Shown here in pieces: positions 13,301 to 26,900 of a stretch of DNA of 64,000 nucleotides. Numbering within the stretch: position 1 is the first letter of the stretch; each line of letters opens with the position of its first letter. Location: the NCBI GenBank assembly GCA_030248215.1, contig JASANG010001881.1, positions 186,001 through 250,000 of the forward strand, written 5' to 3'. A program made the position numbers and the translations under genes. Source of the stretch: Enoplolaimus lenunculus (taxonomy: Eukaryota). Below the pieces are notes generated by a model. The model ran no database searches and was not told the origin of the DNA. It worked only from the letters and a program-made list of their open reading frames with translations.

Positions 13301-16008
13301 TTTTCAGACAAATTAAATTATTCTGTTACAAAGGTAGTAAAAGAATTGTTAGAAAGTGTGTGCGCCACCCTAAAACCTAAACATAAATCTGAGTCTAAGC
13401 CTAAGCCTTGCAGCGTGTAGGTCCCCCAGTCTCCCTGCCGTCCAGTGGTCATACTTCTGTATGGACCGTTTAAACTATACCCGTAAAGTTGTAATCGCTT
13501 GCCAGTGTAAATTTTCACACGGTGTTACACGAGATACTGTAGATTAAATGTATATAATTTCAGGAAGCGATTTATCGCGAGTGCGACGCGCAGTTTGTAT
13601 GCTGTCAAATACAACTGCAATTGGCGCCGCGTGGGAACGACTTGAAAACAAATTCGAACTTCTTTTCGGCAAACGAGCATTCGTTCATTGGTATGTTGGC
13701 GAAGGCATGGAGGTAAGAACTAAAATCGTTTTTTTGGAAACTTTTGAGTACAAATTTTCTATATTTAAACTAAAAATTAGCAATTTTACTGTCTTAAGAT
13801 TTTCTCACAAATTTAATTTCCGCTTATGGGTCATTTAAAGATCAGGGGCGGAACGTTTTTCTGTGGCACTGCAGTAGAGTAAGCTTAAGCTTTGGACTAA
13901 TTTTTTGCTTGGCTAAGGCTTAGGCTTAGACTTAGGAATATGCTTATAATACTGTTCTGCCCCAGTTCTTTACATTGGCCCGCTTATGTAACTTTTTAGC
14001 ATAAAGTGTTTCGGCCAATGTATAGAACTGGGCCGTAACAGTAGTACGAAAAAAATCATAAGCCGATTAAAGCGTAGGAATCAGCTCATACCTTAGTCTA
14101 AGCGAAAAATAGTGTGAAGCTTAAGCTTACTCTAGTACAATCCCGCAGAAAAACGTTACGCCCGCTATCTTTAAATGCATGGGCCAGTCTTTCAAACACG
14201 CCGAACTGAACATATAAATATACACACAAAATAAACTGTATTCAAATCTCAAGAATCGTTTTAGTGCTAAGACAATCTAAGCCAATGCGTTAGCTTAGAT
14301 TGCTCAATCCTGTTCTAAATAATGTTCTAAAAGGGTTTCCGCTTACGAACCCCAACACTGGCCCATATGAAGACCAGGGGCGGAACGTGTTTCTGTCATA
14401 TTACAATAGAGTAAGCTAAAGCTTTAGACTTTTTTGCCTGGCTTAGGCTTAGGCTTTTAGGCTTTACGAATATGTTTATAATACTGTTCCACCCCTGTTC
14501 TTTACATTGATCCCAACGCCTAATTTTGAATTTGCGTTGAAATGAATTTTTAAGAAATTTTTTATTTCTATTTGTTGTTTTATTTTTTTGCTTTTAGGAA
14601 TCGGAGTTTGTTGAAGCCAAAGATGATATGCGAGCGTTACTTGAAGATTACAACGAGGTACGAAAACGTAAAATTTCACGTCAAATATGTATTGAGTTCC
14701 AATTGAATGGCACGTTTTATAGGGTCAGTTTTACCAAATCGCTCTTCAGCTGGTCAATCGTGAGGACGGATTGCAAATTTGGCTAAATTCAGATGTATGT
14801 TCGGACACTTTTTATATACAGAAAACAAGCTAAAACTGGCTGCTGCCCTTGTGTCCATAAATACGATCAAGGCAAAAAATGGCATGTAGACTGCTCGTCC
14901 AATGTAAAGAACAGAGTCGGAACGTTTTTCTGTGGACTAGAAAAGAGTAAGCTTAACCCCTTCTCACATTGAGTTGCCTATAAGCAACTCAGCGCAGTGT
15001 ATATACGTTAAATAGTATATATCGCATCGTGTTTAAAAATTGCAACACGTATACATAGTACTAAATCACCACAAGACGTGAGAGCCCCCTCGAGGTCCAG
15101 CGTCAAGCTCATATAGCTGAGTGGTGATGGTATACGCCTTCCACTCCAGTCACTGGAGTTCGAATCCTAGCATAAAAGTAGGTCTCAGGGGAAATAGAAA
15201 ATATTCATGTAAAAAAGGGTTAAGCTTTAGACAAATTTTTTGCTTGGCTTAGGTTTAGGCTTAGGAATAAACTCATTACACTTATATAGGCTTAGGCATC
15301 GGCTTAGGAATAAACTCATTCTTACGTTTAGGCTTAGGCTATAGGCTTAAGAATATGCTTATAATACTGTTCCACCCCTGTTCTTTACATTGGCCGCCTA
15401 AGTTTATTAAGCGTAAGAATGGGCATATTCCTAAGCCTAAGCCTAAGCCAAGAAAAATATTGGTCAAAAGTTTAAGCTTACTCTATTACAGTCCCACAGA
15501 AAAACGTTTCGCCTCTGATCTTTACATTGGCCGCCTGCTCAAATATGTAACAAACAGTCACACCACACGTATAAACTTTATTAAACCCAGAAAAAAGATT
15601 AATGGTCATGGCACGCACCAAAAATAATTCGGAAAAAATCTGTTTTGCCCAAATGAATGAATTTAAAAAAATATACATCAGACTCCGACCGTTTTTGCGC
15701 GGAACCCAAATAGAGTAAATTTAAGCTTTTGGCTATTTTTTGCTTAGGTTTCAGGAATACGTTTGCTTATACTACTGTTACAGCTCTATTCTTTACATTA
15801 GCCGGTCCAACTAACATGGGATGAATCAAAAATAAATAACTCAGTTCGTAAACCGAATAACAGGGTTTCCCTCTGGAGATGCAAAACAAGTGTCAGTTCC
15901 CCACTCTTATTCGGGTTACTATACAGTAGGTATTCGCCGACAAATATTTTTCAGGTCGGCAAAGATTCAAACGAAGATGACGCTGAGTACTACTACAGAG
16001 AAGAATGA
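4366..16008 (+). CDS. tba: Divergent alpha-tubulin, ~451-453 aa. Exons 2-12: 6086-6182, 7693-7818, 8129-8273, 9338-9494, 10382-10515, 11351-11528, 12153-12271, 12751-12884, 13564-13712, 14598-14657, 15955-16008. Exon 1 is either ATG at 4366-4368 (|gtaaac) or ATGCTTACA at 4473-4481 (|gtaagt)
   Basis: All 11 downstream exons have AG acceptors, the 10 internal ones have GT donors, and phases are compatible (sum 1353 nt incl. stop). Translation: [29 protein letters not shown]...[14 protein letters not shown]...[12 protein letters not shown]...[10 protein letters not shown]...VVEPYNSIL...[19 protein letters not shown] (alpha-type E254)...[18 protein letters not shown]...[15 protein letters not shown]...[17 protein letters not shown]. 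Exon 1 position is uncertain. Confidence 0.96.
11160..11326 (+). mobile_element. Non-autonomous mini-Helitron (~170 bp)
   Basis: A|TCTATATATTAAAGCTAGAAC ... TTGCGCATTACGCAAAG (hairpin) CTGGCAGACTAG|T; no TSD. Copies at 55460-55638 (+) and 50678-50858 (-); 5' fragments at ~44815-44852, 46628-46669, 61540-61575. Confidence 0.85.
11829..12074 (+). mobile_element. piggyBac-type MITE with tRNA-like cassette (tubulin intron)
   Basis: TTAA|TCCCTTCTCACAT ... ATGTGAGAAACGG|TTAA; near-identical to 14957-15219. Confidence 0.9.
14957..15219 (+). mobile_element. piggyBac-type MITE (TTAA TSD) carrying a tRNA-like Pol III cassette, nested in a TTAGGC MITE
   Basis: TTAA|CCCCTTCTCACAT ... ATGTAAAAAAGGG|TTAA; interrupts the host consensus gagtaagcTTAAgctttagac; A box TAGCTGAGTGG (15114-15124), B box GAGTTCGAATCC (15156-15167). 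Confidence 0.9.
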
Positions 16009-17549
16009 AACCTTAATCAGCGCAAAATATATCAATTGCTAAAACTTCTCAACCTGTAACCATTTCATAAAAGCAAAAGAAATATGTTATAGTTTTAAGT
16101 TAACCTATTAATTCCTATCGCGACTGTGGTCCATGTTACATTTATGGCAGTTCCGGTTTCTGGTCAGTCTGGAAAAGAGTAGGCTTACATTCTAGACTAC
16201 ATTTTTTTGCTTAGGCTTAGGCTTAGGCTTAGGAACACACTTTTGCAACGCTTACGATTAGGCTTACTGTTACGCCTCTAAAAGTAACATTGGCTGCGAC
16301 TGTTGTACATTTCCTTCACATTTGAATTTAAGGCCAAGGCAAATGTACACTGCCTTTAGGTAAAGCCTTTTTCGAAAGTTACACCTAAGCCTAAACCTGA
16401 GCCTACGGCTGTGAAGGGTGTACAACATCTCAGTCGCATATTGAACTGACATTCATTCAAAGGCAAAAAACCTCTGTATATGAAAAGTTATACAAACAAT
16501 TATATAAACATGCGCAGTGTAAAATTTCCACAAGACGAGAGAACACCCTTGGGCTCGAGCGTCAAGCTCCTATAGTTCAGTGGTCATTGTTATCGCGTCC
16601 CAATCGTGAGACTGGGGATCGAATGTTACCTTGAAATTAAATTTCATATGAAATTGAAAATATTCATGTGGGAAAGGGCTAAAACCGTGGGCGTAGCTAG
16701 ATTTTTTGAAAGGGGAACCACGTTGTAACAAAATTTCGTTACCAACTGAAAAAATGCCTTAACGCTCCTTGCACAAAAATCCTAATGTGGGGGACTGACC
16801 CCACATCCCCATCCGGCTACAGCCTTATGCCTTTGAATGGTCGCCATTGGCCAAAGATAATGCATGTCTGTTTATTTTTCCAACTATATTCTTTAAAGAA
16901 TTTCAAAAAGTAAACGTCAGCAAAAACTCGGTGAATTTAACTGAAACACGTCTTTGGGTGCCGCCCCCCTGTATAGATGAAAGACAGACCGTTTCTCCTC
17001 GTAACTGTAATAGAGCAATTTAGGCTACATTGACCCTCGCGGAGTCGAATTTGACTCAGTTTGTGTAGTCTGGAAAAGCTTATTTCGGAGAGAGTTAATT
17101 TAACTCATCATTTTTTGCAGTGTAGAGACAAATTTTTTGCTTAGGCGTAAGTGTATATAGGCGTATTTTTGCGCTTAGGCTTAGGCTTAGGAATATGATT
17201 GTACTACTGCTTACGGCCCTGATCTAAACTTTGGTGTGCCTTATAACCAGCCGAATAGTAATTGAAAAAAAACGTAAATTTCAATCAATATTCAGTGATG
17301 CACTGAAATAATTGCCAAATTATTTTGCCCAATTAACCACAGGGGTTACTGTATAATGCCCTATTTTCTCCGTATTGGATTCATTCTTCAACCAGAAACT
17401 CGGAGTTACATCGAGGCAATGGTTCCCGAAAATGTTTTTCTTCGAAGCCAGAGCTCGAATGATCCCAAACTTAAAAATTTGAGGCAGTTGAAAGGATTTC
17501 TAATAAGTACACTGTAGATAATGCCGCAGAGCATTTCATTGGCTTAAAG

Positions 17550-17776
17550 GGCCCATGTTCTCAAACGTGTGTAGCACTTTCCACCAGTTGGTGATAGATC
17601 TCGTAACTTTCGAACCAATGAATGCTAAAACGCTCAAAATTCAGTACATTTTTCGCATATGATTTGCTTTTCCCCCTGTACCAATTTTGAGCGCAACAAC
17701 TGCAATAGTTAGTGAGTTTGAAAAGCTACTACTATAGCTGATGATAGTCGCTTATATCCATTTGAAAATATGGGCC
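17550..17776. mobile_element. MITE with GGCCCATATTCTCAAATGTGTGTAGC TIRs (~225 bp; possibly Harbinger-like)
   Basis: Inverted ends; 3-bp direct flanks aag/aag here and cta/cta at 22917-23138. Copies at ~11617-11820, 26623-26841, 28868-29090, 52200-52408, 52609-52831. Confidence 0.8.
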
Positions 17777-17952
17777 AAGGTCTATACTCGTGTTTAAAAT
17801 TTACTTCTGACTGATAATAGATACTACCCTCATTTTAGATGTGCTTCTGAAAGAGAATTTGAGTTCTATGCACCGTAGGCTTGAACTTTAAAAACCAAAG
17901 TAATAACTGAAAATCGCTAATACACGGTTATTTGAGAATACCACATTAAATC

Positions 17953-20900
17953 TTAACTAATATTCAAACTATAATCTGTCCATCCTTCGGCCTTGAGCAG
18001 ATCGACAGCTCCGATGCGTTCGCTAAATTTCACCGATGCTTCCCACTGTTTTCGAGTCCACCATTGAATTCGTGACAGCTTTTCGTCAACGGCAAACTAA
18101 AAACAAAAACACAAAAATTACATAGCTACCAAAACGACAGTTCAAATTGAAACAGTTTGGTTCCTTGGTCGTTTACGAGCACAGACATTCTGGTTTTGAT
18201 TCGTTTTGCAAATTTACTTTATGGGGAACGGACGGACGGCTGAGCTGACAATTAAAATACGACACACATTTCGGATAGTTTGCCGCTACCATATCCAAAA
18301 CAACCTTAAAACCTATCGTTCAATATTTGTAACCACAAAATTCTGAAGGAATCCCCGTTTGTGTACGTCCGGCAACTATCGTATCCTGTACCTGACAAGC
18401 ATAGTCCAACAGAGTCCGTCCAATGCCCATTCGACGCCAATTTGGTTGAACATAAATTAAATCGATCAACAAAACTGCACCAACGAACGTTGAGTATCCC
18501 TTGTACCCAAACAAACAGCCAACAACATCTAAAACAAGCCAAAACTGAATGAAACAGCAATTGTTCATTTTTCCACCCACATTTACGGTTGAGGGGCTTA
18601 GGCTTAGGCTTAGGCAAATCTTTACCAAAACCTACGCCTTTGCCTGAGCCAAATGATAAGTGTACAAATGCCAATAAAACATAATATATATACTTAGCAC
18701 AGGATCTAGTATTTAGAAGGGCTTCTGCGCCAGACCAAACCTTCCACCTTTTGACTGCCTTAGCTCTAAACTCCGCCCAATCAAATGCTGAACAAAGCCA
18801 TATCCCACCCATTGCAAGCATCGCCGCTGTCAATTCACTACCAAAGCGATGAAGGTGGTCATAAAACTGTTCGCAGAGTTCCGGCGGATTTCCTGTTCCG
18901 GCCGGAATTCCAGCAAAAATTAAATTCCTGTTCTAGTAAAACTTAGTTCCTGTTGGAACCTTCTGTGATCGTTGGTTACTTTGAAATGTGCCCATGTACC
19001 ACCTATCATCAGTTGACAATTAAGCTTTAAAACAAGCGATCTGCAGTAGCCTTAAGCTGAAATTGTTTAAATTTTAAATTAAAAATCAAAAATCAGACCA
19101 GCTAAAGACTATTGGAGTCAAAACAGTTAAAATTATTTACCTTCTGACCGTCGGGTTTTGATCAAAAACGCATAAATCGACGTTGAATCATAATTAATAA
19201 TCGTTGCGTTAGCTGAAATAATAACTTAATACTAAACCAGGCTCGACAACAAACTGGCTCTGGCACACTTGTCACCACATTTAAAATGGCTATGTTTGAA
19301 CTTAGACTTAGGCAACGATTTAGGCTGATGTTTTTTACGCTCCGGTAACATTTCGGTAAACGTAAACCTAAGCCTGACCGAGATGGAGATGTCACAACAA
19401 ATCATACGCGTCTTAAAATACCTACACAAGCCATTTCTATCAACTCAAAAACTTATACGGTTTTTCAGTCATCAACTTCCGTGGTAAAACAGGAACAGCC
19501 AAATTTTCTAACAATTATACGGACCGCAGCCAACGGAAGCAGCGCACCCGTAGCCAAGGGGTGAGGGCAGAGGCGCCCCCAGCCCCCTGGAAAAATTTTG
19601 GCCCACCCTAGAAGATTTTCAATCTTGTTTGTAGGTCATTGAAAACCCTTGAATGTCGCTCTTGAAAAATTCTCGCGCCACGCCCTAGCAAGGTGAGCTG
19701 GCTACGGGCCTTGGGAGCAGGCGAAAGTTGACCAAACTTCAAACCATGATAACGCTGGCATCTTCGAGAAAACTTGTCGCCCGGCTTGTGAAGCTAAATC
19801 AAAAATCCTTGTATGCTCGCACGGTGAATTGGCACGAATAGAACTTTTTCCGTTAAGTCCATCATCAAAACTCAACTTCAACGAAACAACATTGAACTGA
19901 GTGCTTAAAGTTTCTGAATTTGGTCCAGTCTGTGTTCCACAACTTAATTTCAAAAAATAAGCGGATGTTTCTGAACCATCGTGTGGATTCGACTGTTTCA
20001 ACCTCAAATCCGATTCTGAATCTTTAATTTTTGCCAAATTTGAAACCGAATTTGAACTTTTGTTGCTACTCTGGTTTAGCCACAGGGTGGCGGTATACTT
20101 GTCGTGCGGTGCCGTCCGTCACCATACGGTATCTCGCGTGTGTAATTTGCGCAAGATACTGCACGGTGATGTATGGTGACGGGCGGCATCGGGCGGCGAC
20201 GCGGGGCATCGGACGGTGACACGGGGCATCGGACGGTGACACGGGGCATCGGACGGTGACACGGGGCATCGGACGGTGACACGGGGCATCGGACGGTGAC
20301 ACGGGGCATCGGACGGTGACACGGGGCATCGGACGGTGACACGGGGCATCGGACGGTGACACGGGGCATCGGACGGTGACTCGGTGCATCGGACGGTGAC
20401 ACGGGGCATCGGACGGTGACACGGGGCATCGGACGGTGACACGGGGCATCGGACGGTGACACGGGGCATCGGACGGTGACACGGGGCATCGGACGGTGAC
20501 ACGGGGCATCGGACGGTGACACGGGGCATCGGACGGTGACACGGGGCATCGGACGGTGACACGGGGCATCGGACGGTGACACGGGGCATCGGACGGTGAC
20601 ACGGGGCATCGGACGGTGACACGGGGCATCGGACGGTGACACGGGGCATCGGACGGTGACACGGGGCATCGGACGGTGACACGGGGCATCGGACGGTGAC
20701 ACGGGACATCGGACGGTGACACGGGACATCGGACGGTGACACGGGGCATCGGACGGTGACACGGGGCATCGGACGGTGACGCGGGGCATCGGACGGTGAC
20801 GCGGGGCATCGGACGGTGACGCGAGACACCGTACGTCATCAAAAGTATATCGCCACCCTTAGGCTGCTTTAGGTTTAGGAACAAATTAGCGAGGGTTACT

Positions 20901-23900
20901 TTTCGTATAACTGAGCATAAAAGATTCGGAGACTAAGGGATGCGCTATACTTTGCAGCCGCGACGAGTATAGCGCAACCCTACGGATTCTGAATTCGACT
21001 CACCCGATGAGCTGCATATTCCAAGTTCTTTCCTTGCATTCTGAAAATAAACTTAAACATATCTGCATAAACCAGCGAAACAACAGAAAACATACCATAT
21101 GTGTACGCAAGGGGGGACATGCCAGCCACGTATACATCTCGAATGATTGTGAGGAAGTATCCCCGCGGAAACTTCCTGACAAGTAAAAATAGCATTGTTA
21201 ACCCTTTTTCACATAAATATTTTCAAATTCATATGAGATACACTTTCAAGGTAAGATTCGATCCCTTCCTGTCTCTCGTGTGGGAGGCGTTTACGATGAC
21301 TACTGAGCTATAGGAGCTTGACGCTCGAGCCCGAGGGGGCTCTCACGTCTTGTGAAGATTTTGCTCTGCGCATATATGTTACAATCGTTAAACACTGCTC
21401 ACAGTGTCTGTGTTGTTATTATTTGTATTTAGTTGCTCATAGTATACTATATGAGTTAAAGGGTTAAGAAAATTCAGAATAACTACCAAAATATCACAAG
21501 AAATAAGAAAAAAGTATTTTTATACGCCTTTTAGCATAACCTGTTGAAATGTTAAGAGATCAATAAATTATTGGTCTCAAACAACTTTTCAATGATACAG
21601 GACCGTAGCCAGCTGACCTTGCTAGGGAAAGCTAAAAAATTTTCACGAGTGGCATACAATGGTTTTCGTTAACTTGCAGGCAAGGTTGAAAATTTTCTAT
21701 AGGAGGGGGGGGCAAAATTTTTCCACAGGGGGTGAGCCCCCCTGACTACGCGTCCAAATTGATGTTATACACTCGGAATATAATCGCTATATTAACACAA
21801 CGAAACGTATAAAACTTACAAAGACCAAATCAGATAACGCACTGGGGGTCACTCGTTCGATTGTGTATTTATTCCAAATCCTGCTAACTTGTTGATTCCG
21901 CTGAAATAATTCTTTTCAAAATCACAATGCTCCAAGTGGGGAAGTAATAAGAGGGGGTCCCCTTTTTGAGTCCCAATCAATAGAAGTCCGTATCCCTAAT
22001 AAGAGCCCGAAAGCGGATAGAGTCCCTTGACCCTAATTAGAGCCCATAAATGTCAATTATCCCTAATTATAGTCCATAAATGACTCCAGGACCAAATAAA
22101 ATTTAGTTCGAATCTTTAAGGCGTACTTTAATTTTGAAAGTACATTCCAAAGTGTAACCTTGCATTATCGCTTAAGCTTTTGATGCAAGGCAAAAAAACG
22201 TTTAATTCAACGGATAGTTGCAATACCGGATATACATCAGTAACGAAGGGTGGCGGAGGGCGGGATGAAAATAAATAACAGTCCGCGACCGAATAACAAC
22301 GTGGGGGTACCCTCTGGAGAAGCCAAATAAATATCAGTCCTTCTTCTTATTCGGGTCACTACAGTACACCAGCTAACTTTTTCAGTTGAGCGTGTGATGC
22401 ACAGTGAAGTCAAAAATGCTACAGTAGCGCTAGCACTAAAGCAATAAAAGCTTCAGTGTCCATCACATACTCTTCCCTTTGAAAAAGTTATCTGGTGTAC
22501 GCATGATATTGTGAAAGTTGCATAAACATGTTCAGTCCTAGACCGATAGACAGCGATTGTATAAGGATATAAAGCCAGGCGCTCGCGTAGATAAATTAGA
22601 AATTTCCCATTGCGACATCCTACAACTTACATATTAATATTAAATAATTCTTAATCGGTAACAGTGTGCTAATCTACCTTTACCTTTATCCTTCCTGTAT
22701 CAATAGAATAATCTTCTAAATTAGCTTTATATCAACGGAACTAATGTCTCCGATAACTAAAATTTTTCTACCAATCGGTACCGTTTCCTTTCGCAAAGCT
22801 TGCATACGCACACAAAGGTTTCAGCAGCCTCACTTACATTGCACAATTCTGAACCGTGTTCATCTTGAGCCTACCCTCATTTTAATAACCTAATCAACAG
22901 TGTCCGTTCAGTCCTAGGCGCATATTCTCAAATGTATATAGCGACTATTATCAGTTAGTAATAGGTTTTCAAACTCACTAACTATTACGGTTGATGAAGT
23001 CAAAATTGGTACAGGAGTAGAGCAAATCATATGCAAAAAAATGTGCCGAATTTTGAGCGTCAGCATTCACTGGTTCGCAAGTTACACGACGTATCGCCAA
23101 CTCGTCATAGATGCTACACACATTTGAGACTACGGGCCCTAATCTGTAGATATATGGATACTGTCAATATTTCACAGTTATATGCCCATCGGCAATTGTT
23201 CAATATTGCAACTATTTCAGATGACCATTTTGCATTTCTGAAAATTGCAAAAAAATTTCGCTTACTGCATTTCCTTAATTTTCAAAAACTGCAATAAAAT
23301 ATTTTCAGCATGACGTCATAAGCCACCTCCAAACGCGTACAGGGAAAACATTACCCATGAAATTCCGTTTTCAACATCCACACTGCCAACTGCAACCAAA
23401 CATTGTTTTGCAACTTTGAACTTTTATGCTTCAATATCCGTTTTTCGTTTCCGACGCTTAAGCGATCAGTTTTCCGGCTTTAGACACCAAATACGCGGGC
23501 CGGTAGCCAAGGGGAGAGCCAGAGGGGCTCAGCCCTCCAGGAAAAATTTTGGCCCCCCTAGAAAGTTTTCAATTTTGCTTATAACTCATTGAAAATCCTT
23601 GAATGCCCCTCCTGAAAAATTTTGAGCCCCCCTAGCAAGGTGAGCTGGCTACTGGCGTGCAAATACGTTTAATCAACTTGTACATCTAACTAAAATAATT
23701 TGAGTTTAAAAATGCATTGCAAAAGACTTAAAAAATTACCTTAAGATACGACTCGGGTATTCTGAACGATAATACGCCATCCAACAGTTGAGCCCCAAGC
23801 TTTTTATAGAAATCTATTGCTGGTAAATTCCAGTCCAAAACACTCCATAATATACAATCTATTGCCAAATCCAATGATATCTAAAAACAGGTGCCTCAAA

Positions 23901-26900
23901 CCTAAGCCTAAACTTTGACTCAAGAAAACCATAAACAGTTGTGTGGGGCGAAACTTTTGCCTTCTAATATAAACAGTCGGTGCATATATTCGTTCTGAGC
24001 TCACATTTCATATATATGGCATAAAAATTAAGCCCCATTCATACGTGCACTTTTTTGCTGCAGAGAACTTCCAGCTACAAATTGTACGCAGAACTTGCAT
24101 TTTTCATTAGCCAACGAGGAAGCGGCTGCAATAAATTCCGTGAACTTGCAATGTTTATTCACACATGTGAACTAAAATTCCTAGCTATGATTTTTAATGA
24201 ATTATTTGCAGCTGCCAGTTTTTCGAATGGGATTAGGGACAAACCTTGCAAGTGCAAGCTGCAGCTGCAAATTCTCGCAGCATAACCTAGCACGTGTGAA
24301 TAGGGCTTTATCATGAAAACTTGAATAACTTGCACTCTGAAACTTGTATTGACATACAGCATACAAATTACATATAATACCGCTCAGTATCTAAAGTGTA
24401 TGGGCTCCGAAAGCTTACAGTTCCAATTGCGATTCCAGTCTAAATTTCCTGTTTCGATTACGGTATAATTCAGTTCCACTTTGCACTCTGTCACATAATC
24501 GGCCTTTTATCAGTTATGTTTGCTCCTGGGATGTCCAGGTGGCAATAGTACTTGTCCATCAGTTAGCAATAGGATTTTAAACTCCATCTCAGAAAATGGA
24601 TTAACAATCTTGATTTGCCATCGCTAATTTTAAGCTTACAAATCTTCATCAACAACAGGAGACAGGTGCAACAAAATAAATAAAGCGATGTACTCGTTTC
24701 GAAATTTATCCTGTCTCAGAAACTGTTTCCAATTAAACCATCCCGAAATCAAATCCAATCTATGACAGTTGAATCACTGCTTGCCACTTTACCTTTTTCA
24801 CTTCGTCAAACATCCGGTGACCGAATCCGCGTCTGCGGAACTCTGAGCGGATATAAAGGTCTTCCATAAACAATGACCGTTTTGCCTCAAGCATCGATTG
24901 TCGAATGTACATAATACAATATCCGATAATTTCGCCTATAATTCTATTAAAGATATTGAATTAAATAAACATTACCACAACTGTTTAGAAGAGATAAACA
25001 TACCACCTGTTTCTTAAATCCGTGTCGTATCAAGAGTGAATAATGGTTTCAACAAGAGTGTGCAACTGGGTGCATTACGGTACCTGAAGAGTGCATAATA
25101 CTCCTGAATCATGGCACTCTTGGTCTTATTGATTAGGTAATTATACGAGATAACTGTGAACGCTGTGGATCTGGACTTCCAATTGGTTCCAAACTTACAT
25201 TACATATTATCAACTTGTAATAAATGATATACACATTTAAAAAATATGGTCGATAAGGGTCCGCATTTTCAAATTATCATTTGTATATCGCCAGCTGGTG
25301 ATAGGACATATATACATTTTCGACACCAGCGAGAGTAGAGATTCAAAATTGAGTATATACATTTTTCGAATTTGAATTACCTTTGAAAACCTACTGGTAA
25401 CTGGTAATAGATGCTACATACATTTGAGAATATCGGCAAAGATCAAAATACGAAACCGCCGGAATGCTTATAAGCCTTAAACAGAAATTTTACTTACCGT
25501 CAGTAGTAGTATTTGCCGATTTTTGTTTCGCAATCAATGCAATACATTCGTTGTTGGAAACACTGCGTTTGATATCTAAAATATAGAAAAAAATTGCATT
25601 CCTAAAATATTTAAGAATTAAGCCAAAATTAATAATCGGGTTAAAACTATGAAACGAGTGCGGACACTCAAAAAACTATCAGTGTTTTGGGACAAAAGTA
25701 CTTTATTTCATAGCTTTCTACACTTTACACAATGAAGCGTTCTTAAAAATGGTGTTCGAAACGTCAAAAGCGTTTAAAATAGCGATTTTAGCTTGGAAGT
25801 AATTTTTTAGTTATATCAAATTTATAAACAACTTATTACCTATTAATTACAGCAAGAGTGGATGATGCATTTACTTCAACAAGAGTATGCAACTGGGTAT
25901 ATTCTGTGTAAAAAAGAAGGGACCCCTTCGAAATTTTTGTTGACCCTCTTTTCAAAAGCTTCGCTACGCCCATGATACCTGATGCATTTTGTACGATGCA
26001 GTGTTCGAGTTTTTCAAATGTTGCCAGTTCCTGAAACAAAATAACATGTAGAAACATTTGTAAAATTTCGGTCCATGTTAAAATCAGGGGCGGAACGTTT
26101 TTCTGTGGGACTGCAATAGACTAAGCTTTAGCTATAGACTAATTGTTTTGCTTGGCTCAGGCTAAAGCTTAGGCTTAAGCATAGGCTTAGGAATACGCTT
26201 ATTTACTGTTCCGCCCCTGTTCTTTACATTGGCCATAATTTCGGCCAACGATAACTAAAGCAGGCTTTCTGAGAAAGCCTAAACCTAAGCTAAAATCTGA
26301 GCCTAAACCAAAGCATAAACCTAACACCGGGCTCGTAGCCAAGAAGGGCTCAGCTCTCCTCACTGAAACTTTTTTGGCCTCCCCCTAGCAAATTGGCAAC
26401 CTTGCTTGTAAGTCAACGAAAACCCCTGTATGCCCCCCTTTCCAACTTTAAAATTTAGCACCATTTCGCATAAACATACCCTATACTTATGCAACTTTTA
26501 AGATCACAAACTGTGTAAGTTAACCTGTTTCGAAAGCTATTGATAGATGGTAGGGTGGTATGTACTATACGTACTCATTTGAGAATATACGGCGCAAAGA
26601 TATAGATTCACGTTTAAGCGTAGGCCCGTAATGTTAAATGTGTGTAGCACCTATCAGCAGTTGGTGATAGGTCTTGTAACTATCGAATCTATGAATGCTG
26701 ACCCTCAAAATTCAGCACATTTTTAGCATATCATTTGCTCTACTCCTGTACTAATTTTGGGCTCAACAACTGCAATCGTTAGTGAGTTTGAAAACCTATT
26801 ACTAACTGATGATAGCTGTATACACAATTTCGAATATGGGCTCTGAATCCGGTGTTTAGGCCAGTTCTAAATTAAAATAATAGAAACAGAAATGAAATAG

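Noticed and set aside
18306..18833. 175-aa minus-strand ORF
   Set aside because: Overlaps the real GNAT exon 18528-18392 in another frame and crosses TTAGGC repeats; no family motif.
19702..20075. ~120-codon open minus-strand frame in a GNAT intron
   Set aside because: No recognisable domain, no ATG start, bounded by two MITEs and hits a stop shortly after the hAT insertion is removed; not needed for the GNAT alignment. Could be a decayed coding fragment.
20066..20884. Three long overlapping minus-strand ORFs (236-272 aa)
   Set aside because: Produced by the 20-bp tandem array; open in all three frames, inside an intron.
22832..22890. Minus-strand GTAAGT donor as an independent first exon for GNAT domain 2
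   Set aside because: No in-frame ATG in phase with exon 21900; nearby ATGs hit a stop or give the wrong phase.
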